Shown here: positions 1 to 15,393 of the stretch, piece by piece
Numbering within the stretch: position 1 is the first letter of the stretch
Layout: each line of letters starts with the position of its first letter
DNA from: Piromyces finnis finn
Lineage: Eukaryota > Fungi > Neocallimastigomycota
Assembly (NCBI GenBank): GCA_002104945.1
Contig: MCFH01000001.1
Location: 310,001 to 374,000, forward strand
Direction: 5' to 3'
DNA length: 64,000 nucleotides
Notes under the pieces: generated by a model
Told to the model about the DNA's origin: nothing
The model's input: only the letters and a program-made list of their open reading frames with translations
Database searches by the model: none
Program-made: the position numbers and the translations under genes

Positions 1-275
1 TACATAAATTCATTTAAAGTTTTAATTTTTTTTAAAATTCTTATTACTAAAATGACAATTTCAATTTTAAAATATTAATATTCTTTTTTAGTATATATAA
101 TGAAAGAAAGTGTGCTTTAGTTTATAATTATTGTTACTTGAATGAATAATTAAAAGTTTTTTTTTTTTAATGAATTGCACAATTTCTAATTTTTTTTTTT
201 AACAAAAAAAAAAATAATAATAAATATTCTAATGTTAATTAAATTTTAAAATGTAACACTTTTTATAAATAATAG

Positions 276-646
276 GCTAATAGATATAATCAAGAATTAT
301 TAGAAACTCAACCGGCGAAAAAAAGAAAAACATTATTGTCTCCTGTACAAATAAATATAACAGAATTTGTATTACCAGCAGAAGATTTTGACACTATTAT
401 ATCAGAACAAAGAAAAGCAACTTCACCTACAAGCACTTCACCTTCTCATTCTAGTGAAACAACAGAAAGTAATTATATAAAATATAGTTTTTTTTTTTTT
501 ATTATTATTCTTATTTTCATTATTATAATTGCCATTATTATTTCTTTTTTTTTTTTTTTTTTTTTTTCAAGAAAAAATCTTTATATTTAAATAAATAAAT
601 TTTTATAATACTCGTCATGATAACTAACCATATTTTTTTTTTCCCA

Positions 647-677
<31 letters not shown>

Positions 678-922
678 TAGCTGAAAATTCACCTGCTCCA
701 ATAACAGCATCAACACCAACAGTAACGCCAACACCACCAACGACAACATTGACATCAACAACAACGACATCAACAAAGAAAAATAGAGGACGTTCCGCTA
801 GAGCATCTTTATCACAGAATGAAGAAAAGACGACAAAAACACAAAGTCCTTATACCTCTGGTACTAGAAGAACAACAAGAGCAAGAGCTATAAATTCACC
901 ATCACTTAAAAGAAAAAGATAA
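276..922 (+). CDS. Last two exons (276-468, 681-922) of an unidentified gene entering from upstream; Ser/Thr/Pro-rich tail ending in a basic NLS-like SPSLKRKR
   Basis: AG acceptor at 274-275, GT donor at 469 and AG at 679-680 join in frame (phase 1): ANRYNQELLETQPAKKRKTLLSPVQINITEFVLPAEDFDTIISEQRK...ETTE-T-ENSPAPIT...KRKR*. GC content is higher than the flanks. No family recognised. Confidence 0.6.
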
Positions 923-946
923 TAATCATAAAGTGAAATGGAAATG

Positions 947-979
<33 letters not shown>

Positions 980-2013
980 ACAAAATTATATAATCATGAT
1001 AGAAATAAAAGTTTTTATATAAAAAAATTTTTTTTTTTGTTTTTTGTTTATAATGTACACATCTCGTTTTTTGCTACCAAATAACTAAATAAATTAAATG
1101 AAATTTTAAACACTAAAATTGATAGCTGAATCATTTTTCTAAACATCAAAATCCTACAATCCTCCACCTCACCTTTATAAAATAAACCCTATTTCTATTC
1201 CAATAATGCATAAAAAAAAAAAAAAAGATCCATTACAAAAATTTCCTCTATATAAACCTTTATAGAAAGAAAAACTTTCCTTTTTTAAAATTTACTTCTT
1301 CTTAAAACTCTATATACATTTCACACCTTCCCCTCCTCTCTTTTTAAATATTTAACCTATTTTTATCAAACTACTTTTGACCTTAAAATGATAGTATTTA
1401 TATGACTAACACTAACTTCATTAAATACATTATTTTTATATTTTTGAATTTTTTATTTTTTTTTATTTATTTATTTATTTTGCTATTATGAAAGGTTTAT
1501 TTTGATAAAGGTTTATGTGTAAAAAAAATATATATATAAAATAAATAAAGTGTACTATATTTATTTAGTTTATATTAAATCTTTTTTTGTTTGTTTATAT
1601 TTATTGTTGTTTCTTTTCTATTATATTTTGTTCATTTTATCAAGATTTTTCTTTTTCTATATTGTTTTTATTTACTAAAAAATATATAAACTTATATATA
1701 TATAAGCTATATTCTTTTTTTGGTAATTAAATAAATAACAAAATTATTTTAATAAATATATAACTTTATATTATTTATAATTTTATGTAAATATATTGTG
1801 TATATTTTATAATTTTTGTATTTATGATTTTTTTTTATTTTTGTAATATATTTGCTTTATTTAATTATTTGTTTATGTTTTAATATTATTACTTATATTA
1901 TAACGTTAAATATTATATATTTCCTTTTTTGGAAAAAACATTGATTATTTATATTTATATTGTTGTTTTATAAAAAATATTGATTTTCTTTCTAATTGGC
2001 AAAGTTATCCTTC

Positions 2014-2908
2014 TTACTTAGTGTATTTACCAATAATGTGGAGAAGGAATACTGAAGCAATGAAGGCAAGACTGAAAACTAAAACAACGACTGGATCACT
2101 ATTTTTTTTATAAATTAAATTTTATTTTAATACTTATTCCCACTTTTATTTTTAGAAAATTAATACTACAACAATAGCTAAATACTTACACTTTAAGACC
2201 TGGAGTATCGTCAGTGTAGATCTTCATGACACCTGGGTTAGTACGAACACTAGCTGGAGCAGCAGATCTGTCCTTTCTAACAACCTTTCTCCTGTTAATA
2301 TTTTAAAAATTGAATACATATATGTTAGATTTTAACTACGTTTTTTTAAAATAATTAATTAAAAAATGTTTAAAAATTTAATACTATACCTTACGGTACC
2401 CTTTGGAGAAGTTTGACGTGGTGAAACAGTTGGAGAGTTAGATTCGGCCTATTTATTTTTAAATTAAAAATATATAAAAATAAAAACATTAATATTTCCA
2501 TTATTATTACTAAATATTTGAAGCCATAAAAAAATAACTTTTTCATTTTAAATTTTAAATATTTGCTTTTTTCGATCATATTTCTTATTTATTTATTTAT
2601 TTTTTACTTCAAATTATCAACACTGTTTATTTTTTTTTTTTTGGTTCTAGCTTTTTTTTTTTTTTTTACTGTCAAAATGTTTATCTCTGAGTTTAATAAA
2701 AAAAATACTGTTTTCCTTGTCTTCCTCTTTTCCATCTTTTTTTTGTTTGTTTATTTTTTGTTACATTTTTTATCTTTTTTTTTCACTTTTGTTCCTTTCT
2801 ATTTTATTCTAATATTATTCTGTCCTTTACTTTTTAAATATATTCTCTTTTTTTTTTTTTCTGAACTACAACAACAGTAATAATAACGTCTTTTTAACAC
2901 ATTACCAT
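2014..2908 (-). CDS. SEC61B: Protein translocon subunit Sec61 beta (4 exons; first exon is the ATG only)
   Basis: Spliced translation M|AESNSPTVSPRQTSPKGTVR|RKVVRKDRSAAPASVRTNPGVMKIYTDDTPGLKV|DPVVVLVFSLAFIASVFLLHIIGKYTK* carries the conserved Sec61beta/Sbh1 signature (YTDD.PGLKVDPVVVLV.SL.FI.SV..LH..GK). Not present in the ORF track. Confidence 0.93.
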
Positions 2909-4227
2909 TTTATTATTAATTATTAAAAAGTTTGATTGATTTTTATTTTTATTATTAGTTTATAAATAAAAAAATTATTAAAGAAGAAAAAATATTTTTT
3001 TTTGGAAAATAAAAATTATACACTTTTTATAATATTAAAAATGAACTAATAATAAAATGAAATGATGATGAGATTCCATTTTTTAATTCATCTAAATTAA
3101 TATAATAAATAGAAAATATAATAATATAATATAATATAATACAATATATATTATTTAATACAGCTAAATAGAATTTAAAATTTAATCATATTAATAGTTT
3201 AATTATTCAATATAAATGAGGTAGAGCGAGTATTAATAACAGATATATTAAAATATTATTAATAATATTATATTTTAATATAACTTTTAAACTCTTTTAG
3301 AAAAATTAATTAGTACTTACAGATCAGCCAATAAACATTAGCCAACTTGCTTAAATCATGTGATTTTTAAATTATTTTAATTATTTAATATACTCAATAA
3401 ATTAAATTTTTTATATGTAATAAATTGGTGTAAATTACATATTAATTTAGAAAGTAATAAATACATTATTATACAATCTCCTACAATAATGTTTACAAAA
3501 CATTTCCTAAGACCCTCTACTACTACCTACCCTACACCAGAAAAAAAAACATTAGGAGTGAGAGAATGCATTGGAAAAAAAAAAGAGTGTGTTACAATAC
3601 ATTGTAGAAAGGCATCTTTCTATTATTATTCTGTATTAAGAAGTGCATTTTGTATATACAAAATAGAATATTATATAATGATATGAAAAAATTAAGTATT
3701 AGATTTTCACACACAACCTCTTTACACCTAATATCCTTTAATCTTTTGAAAAGGTTTAAAAAAAAAAAAAGAATACTTTAATAGTATTATAAAGAATAGG
3801 TTGAAGTCTTTGGGTGTAGATGATGATGGATTCTATTTACATGTATATAATACATTATATGCTAAGAATTGATTAATTATTCAATTTAATTAATTTAATA
3901 AGATTTAATTAAAAAAAAAAAAGCTTCTTTTTTATTTATTCATTAAACCATCTTTCATTAAAAAGAAATGTAACAAATAATTAAAATGTAAAAGTTAATA
4001 GAGGCTAAAGTAAATAAAGTGATGCTATTCATTTGCTTTTGTATAGAATAGAATAGTATCTATTTTATAAAGTATTAATACTTTTTACAAATAGAACGTG
4101 ACTTTTAAAATTAGTAATAACAAATTTATTATCTGTAAAAGTATTACAATTAAATATTATTAAGTAGTATTATTATGTTGATTATATTAATTATTATAAT
4201 CAAGTATTACTAAATAACATTATTATT

Positions 4228-4406
4228 ATTATTATAGTACAACTCTTTTTTATAATTATTATTATTATTTGTTATTATAGTACAACTCTTTTTTATAATT
4301 ATTATTATTATTATTTGTTATTATAGTACAACTCTTTTTTATAATTATTATTATTATTTGTTATTATAGTACAACTCTTTTTTATAATTATTATTATTAT
4401 TATTTG
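4228..4406. repeat. Minisatellite, 4 head-to-tail copies of a 43-46 bp unit (ttattatagtacaactcttttttataattattattattatttg)
   Basis: Core gtacaactc starts at 4237, 4280, 4326 and 4369; units differ only by one att triplet. Confidence 0.9.
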
Positions 4407-6144
4407 CTTTTTCAATATAGATAGTTTATATTAAGTAATTATATCTGTTATATTTTTAATATTATAACCATTGTGTTATTTTTCATTTTTTGTCATATAA
4501 AATTAAAATAAGATAAAAAATAGGTCTATTGATATTGTATTTGTATAAATATATCTATATTCTATTGTATCATTTATAATTCTTTGTATTTATAGAATTT
4601 AAAATGAAAAAAGGTTAGTTTATAATACTATTTTCTATAATAATCTTAGAATATAGTCATAATTTATAAAAGAAACAAAGACATTGCACCTTGAAAAAGT
4701 TAAAGGTTAGGTTTAACTTTAATTTAATAATGCCTTTTCAACTTTTGATACCATTCTACATAAAAAAAGAAAAACGTTTTTAATTATTATAGCACATTCT
4801 CTATTATGAAATTCTTTCAAAATACTTATTTATATCTAAATTATTTTAATATCATTGTTAAGAAAAATAAAATACTACATTTTATGATAAAAACGGTCAA
4901 ACTATACTATTGATTATTGAATTAAAAAGACTTCAAAAAAAAGTTTATTAAAGAAACATTAATCAAACCATTTTAACAATTCTAATTAATAAAAAAGGTT
5001 TACTATTAAACTTGTAACCAAAAAGTAGTATATTACATCTTTTTGTCATTTTAGTTTCTTTTATGATATATAAAAAAAATTGTATATAAAGTATATATAG
5101 TATATATATGTAGTATGTAATAATCAAAATTTATAGAATTTGTTCTAATTTGAACTTTTTAATTCTTTAATATTTTCTTTCTTTTATTGTTACTGTATTG
5201 ATGATGATAGATTAGTAGTTTTTTTTTTTTTTTTTTTTTTTGGCGTTTGAATATCCATCTTTAAGCTCATTTTGTCCTATCTGTTGAAGTATAAAATACG
5301 ACGATTAATAACATTCTATTTTCTTTTTTTTTTTAATAATAAAATGCAAAAACAATTTTTTAATATAACCATAAAAGAAATAGTAATATATTAGAGTATA
5401 TTGTAAAATATAATAAAATAAATGAAAATAATTAATAATATAAATGAATAAAGTTTATAAATTTTAATTTAATAGAATAATTTATATTATTGTGATACTT
5501 GTTTCATATATTACCAATATATTTACTATTTATTTATATATATAGAATCATGCTTTATTGGGAAACTTAACCAAGCAAAATTACCTTGTATCCTGGTAAA
5601 GGTCGGTAGTAGTGAGAGCCATTATTTATGATATGATATTACTTTTAATGATAAAAAGAAAACATTTTAATAACAAAAAGTAAAACAGGAAAGAAGGTGA
5701 TAAACACTAAGCATCTTATATTTTAATATACCACCCTTAATAATTTATAGTATAATTTTATGAAAAAAAAAAAAGTTTTTCAAATCCACTTTTGAAATAT
5801 TCCTAAAAAGATTATTTTTGTCCTACTACTGGGCATTGGACTGGAGTTATTTACCTATCTAATAACTTTTTCAAAAGAAAAAAAAAAATTTTTTTTAAAA
5901 ATAAATAAATAAATAATTAATGTTAAATTTAAAAAAAAAAAAAAAGAAAAAAATTTAAAAAACAAAATAATAATAGTAAAGAAAGAGAGTCTTTAAATAA
6001 ATACTAATAAAAGAAGAAAAATAAATAAATAAATATAATATATTTATAAATATAACTTTATTTTGAATAAATAATAATAAAAAAAAGTTATAGAAAATAT
6101 ATATTATATATATTTTATATACAGAAAGAAAACTATGAATAATA

Positions 6145-11220
<5,076 letters not shown>

Positions 11221-11683
11221 TATGTTCAAATACTATCTTGAAAAATTTTCTCTTTATATATACACAATTACAATTATTTTCAAAATATCTTTTTTTTTAT
11301 CATTTCATTTTTTTTTTTTTTTAACCCTAATTCTTCTTAATATATTATTAAAAAAAAAAAAAAAAAAAAAAATATTTATTTTGGTATATATTATAAACTA
11401 TCTTTTTTTAAACTTTTTTTTTTTTTTAAAAAAAAAGTTGTATATACAAATAAAAAATACATTAAATTAATAGTAATAACGAAATAATAGTAAAAAAAAA
11501 AAAAATTGAAAAAGTAAATAAATAAATTATAAAATTATAAATAAATACACAAAATATATAATACTATAGATATAATAATAAAAAATAAAAATTTAAATAA
11601 TAATAATAATAAAAAAAAGATAAATAATCCTATAAAATAAAATAAATTAAGTAATAAACCTTTAACTATAAAATATAATTATT

Positions 11684-11725
<42 letters not shown>

Positions 11726-11797
11726 TCTTTAGCAAAAAGAAATAATAAAAAAAGGTAATGTCCTGGTTAAAAGAAAGAAAAGAGTTAATTAAAAATT

Positions 11798-11804
11798 AAA
11801 AAAA
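11798..11804 (-). terminator. RNA polymerase III terminator (T7 run) downstream of tRNA-Thr
   Basis: Seven T on the minus strand a few nt after the discriminator base. Confidence 0.65.
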
Positions 11805-11808
11805 TAAT

Positions 11809-11880
11809 TGCCTATTGACGGAATTGAACCACCGACCTTCGCTTTACAAGAGCGACGCTCTACCACTAAGCCAAACAGGC
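11809..11880 (-). tRNA. trnT-UGU: tRNA-Thr (anticodon UGU), intronless, 72 nt
   Basis: GCCTGTT/AATAGGC acceptor stem, D arm with TAGTGGTA, anticodon arm TCGCT-CTTGTAA-AGCGA, T arm GGTGG-TTCAATT-CCGTC. Confidence 0.95.
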
Positions 11881-12358
11881 AACTGAAATTTTTTGGAGCT
11901 CACAAATATTATAAAATCAATAAATTTAAATCCTATTTAATAATCTAACCCATAATATTAATTGATTCAAAATGATTCTACTTTTTCAATAGCAAAGGTT
12001 TTCATTTTTAAAAAGAAAAAGGTTTAAAAATTATACACAAAAATTGATATTTTATATTTTATTTTTATTTTATTGGTAAAAAAAAAAAAAACTTTTAGAA
12101 TGAGTTAAAATAATTTAAAATAAATAAATAAAAAAAGAAAATACTTCCTTCTTTTTTTTAAATAATAAATATTTTTTTTAGAAAAAAAAAAAGTCTAGTA
12201 TATTTATATATATATATCCTATAATATAATAATGATTTCTGATAAGTATCTATGAAAATTGAAAATATTGGGAATAATAATACTCTATTACTTAATAATA
12301 ATACTCTTTTTTTTTTTTTTCAATTTTTAATTCAATAATAAAATCAAAAATTATTATC

Positions 12359-14633
12359 TTATTTAAATTTCTTGTAGGAATGCTTTTCGTATTCTTTAAG
12401 TTTGTATCTTCTTTCTCTTGTATTACGAACTCTTGGTTCAATAATGGCTCTTTCTTGAAGACTCTTAAATCTATCGGTAAATAAGTTTCCTTCTGGTTTT
12501 AATCCACGAAGAGATTCAGATAATTCTTCGGTTAATTGAATATCCATGGATTTAGCTTGGTATCTAACTTTACCTAATCTTGGCATTTTTTCTTTTTTTG
12601 GTTTATTCATTTTTTCTATGGTATTCTTTTCTTTTTCATCAATTATCTTTTGAATATTTTCAATTCTTTAATAATAAAATTATTAGTGAGAAATAAAAAA
12701 AGAAAACATATAATTAATTAAATTATCGACATAGGAATACACATTTATTTAATAATTAATTTTTTATATTTATTTTTAGACGAATACATACTCTTCAATT
12801 TGTTTTCCCATTTCTTTTTCTCTTAATTTTTCTAATCTTTTTTCTTCCTAATAAATTCATATTTTATTATTAATTATTATTTCGTTAATACTCATTTTTT
12901 TTTTTCAAAAAATTTGAAAAATACTAAATTATTTTATAATTACTTTTTCTTTAAGCTTCTTTTCTTTGTTTCTTTGAGCTCTAGTTTTTCTTTCAGTAAT
13001 TTTAATGGCCTTTTGATCTTCAACGGTATCTTCTTCTTCTTCTTCATCATCATCATCATCAATAACTTCATGATCACTCTTTTTTTTTAAATATAATTTA
13101 TTTATATATTCATATATTATAAAATTGAGTTTTTATTATTTCGCCTAGTAATAATAATATTATATATATATATATTTTAATTTTAATTACCATTTCGTCT
13201 AATTCTGGTGGATATGAAAGTTCTTTTTCTATTTTAGCCTTTTCATCTTCTTTCTTTTGTTCAATGTCATTAGCTATTCTTAAAGCATCCTTTTATATTA
13301 ATAAAAGGAAAAAAAAATTAATTAATATTATTTTAAAATTGAAGAGGATAATTCTTTTAAATCGTCATATTAATTATTTATTGAAAATTTAAGACTTACT
13401 TGATGATCATCAAATGTTGGGTTATATGAAGTACCTGGATGTCCAACTTGAACAGCTTCAACCTTTTCGGCTATTTTATTATATTTTAAAGTACTTGGAG
13501 CCTTGTTTTTTTTTTATTTAAATATAATAAGTAACAATACACAATACATTATAAAAATTTAATATATCGTTCAATACAAATTTAATTAATAAATTATTAT
13601 TATTTCAAGTATATAAATATTGTCAAGTTTCAAGTTTAAATAATTACTTTTGGTTTTGGTTGATTGAAAAAGTTGTATTCTTGTTGTTCAGTATTATCTA
13701 TAGTATTAAATATTTAATCCATTTTTTTTAATGAGGTATTAATATATTGAGAATTAATATATTGAAAAATGCGAATATATATATATTTCTTGTAATAATT
13801 AGATATAAAGCTATAAATATTTTTTTCTTTATTAGTGTAATAATAACCTGCTTCTTCCCAAAGATCTTTTGTAATTATACTACTAGTCTTCTTTTTCTTA
13901 TTAGCTTTCTTTATTTTTTCTTCTGCCTTTCTTTTATTAATTTTTTCGACTTGTTCTTTAGTATATTTAGATAAATTAAATCTTGAAACATTTTTTGAAT
14001 CTTTATTATGACTTGAACCAAATGCCTTAACCTTTGATTGTGGTTTAAGAATTTCTTCAATAGTTAATAATTTTTTACTTTTATTCTTTCTCTTGACTGA
14101 ATATTAATAATATTGATAATATAATTTTATTATTATTATTATTATTATTTATAAAATTAATATATGAAATAATAGCCTTAAGTTTAAGATTTCTTCTTAT
14201 ATCAAATAATACAATCTTGATAATATTAATATATATATATAGTGAAGTTATTAAATTTTATTAACCTTCTGAATCTCCTTCAACATCAATAGTAAATAAT
14301 TCTTCGTTGGCTTGGTCTTCAATTTTTCCACTTTTGAATTTTAATACAATTATTTTAAAATTTTATTTTAATTGTTTATTAAATTTATATTGCAATTATT
14401 ATTATTTTTTTTTTTTAAAAAAGTATAAAAATAGAATTAACATTTATACATATTTCTAAAATTTAGTTAAAAAAATTATTATTTCATATCTTTGAAAATT
14501 ACCCAAAAGCAATTTCTTCTTTTCTAATTTCTTCTAAATCATTTTCAACGTCTGTAATATCAATATTTTTTTTCCAATCCTTTTTACCCTTTCTGACAGC
14601 AGATTTACTCTTTGGTCTTCCAGTGTTTTCCAT
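12359..14633 (-). CDS. NOP53: Ribosome biogenesis protein Nop53 (GLTSCR2/PICT1 family), multi-exon
   Basis: N-terminus MENTGRPKSKSAVRKGKKDWKKNIDITDVE and LFTID; C-terminus LRGLKPEGNLFTDRFKSLQERAIIEPRVR...YKLKEYEKHSYKKFK, typical of the Nop53 family. Confidence 0.92.
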
Positions 14634-14870
14634 TTTTTTTATATAATGTATTAAAAGTAAAAGAAGGATATAAAGTATTAATTTAAACTAAAATAAATAA
14701 AATAATTAAAATAATGAAAAAAAAAATAATTTATAATGAGGTTTCTTTTTTAAAAATAAAGAATATTATAAATTATTATTTTTTTTTTTTAAAATTTTGC
14801 TATGATTAAATGAATTATTAATTATATTTTTTTTTTATTTTTCAATGAAATTTTTTAAAGATTTATGAAT

Positions 14871-14888
14871 TTTATCCAATCATATTTT
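14871..14888. promoter_or_regulatory. Candidate shared promoter element TTTATCCAATCA(TATTTT), copy 1, ~240 nt upstream of NOP53
   Basis: The 18-mer is identical to 45599-45616, and the 12-mer is the reverse complement of 19753-19764. Function is inferred. Confidence 0.5.
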
Positions 14889-14917
14889 AAAGTAACTTAC
14901 TATTTACTAAAAAAAAT

Positions 14918-15013
14918 TAAATAAATAACTAGATAAATAAATAAATAAATAAATCAATAAATAAATAAATAAATAACTAGATAAATAACTAAATAAATAA
15001 CTAACTAACTAAC

Positions 15014-15044
<31 letters not shown>

Positions 15045-15084
15045 CTAACTAACTAAATAAATAACTAAATAACTAAATAAATAA
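14918..15084. repeat. Compound tetranucleotide microsatellite (AAAT)n/(AACT)n in the NOP53-PRP40 divergent intergenic region
   Basis: Direct reading: aaat/aact units over ~165 bp. Confidence 0.85.
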
Positions 15085-15393
15085 TTTATTTAACTTTTTA
15101 AGTCATCTGATCATAACATAGATTTATATTAAAGAAACATAAATCAATTTGAAAGTTTTGGTGAAATATATTATAATATTTTTTTTTTTTTAATTTGTTA
15201 ATTAAAAAATAATATTGAAAAATAAATATATATTGATCTCAAAATAATCTTTATTATTTTGAATTATATTTATTGAATAATATCAATTACAAGATTTCAA
15301 GAGGAAAAAAAATAAACTTTAAGGAAAAATAAGTTATATATTTGTTATCTATTAAATTATTATATATATCTAATAAATTCAAAAATTAAAGTA

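Noticed and set aside
1150-1345. C-rich, G-poor patches between two convergent genes
   Set aside because: No ORF, RNA fold or repeat could be supported; may be 3'UTR composition.
2563-2880. Phe-rich membrane-like ORF, and similar ones at 11222, 13747, 21650, 22413, 28652, 49842 and 49981
   Set aside because: Translations of poly-T/poly-A introns or intergenic DNA, with no coding-like composition.
4228-4406. Possible CRISPR-like array
   Set aside because: No unique spacers; head-to-tail minisatellite in a eukaryotic genome.
5218-5305. GC-richer ~60-nt segment next to a long T run (possible SINE or retrocopy tail on the minus strand)
   Set aside because: No second copy in the window, no A/B boxes or target-site duplication seen; long homopolymers are ubiquitous here.
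11322-11330. TAACCCTAA, identical to a TTAGGG telomerase RNA template
   Set aside because: A 9-mer is expected roughly 0.4 times per window by a hand estimate; it lies among poly-T/A tracts just 3' of the kinase with no structured GC-containing context.
14845-14856. RRPE-like TGAAATTTTTT near the NOP53 promoter motif
   Set aside because: A/T-only motifs are too frequent in this genome to carry information; a similar string also flanks the tRNA.
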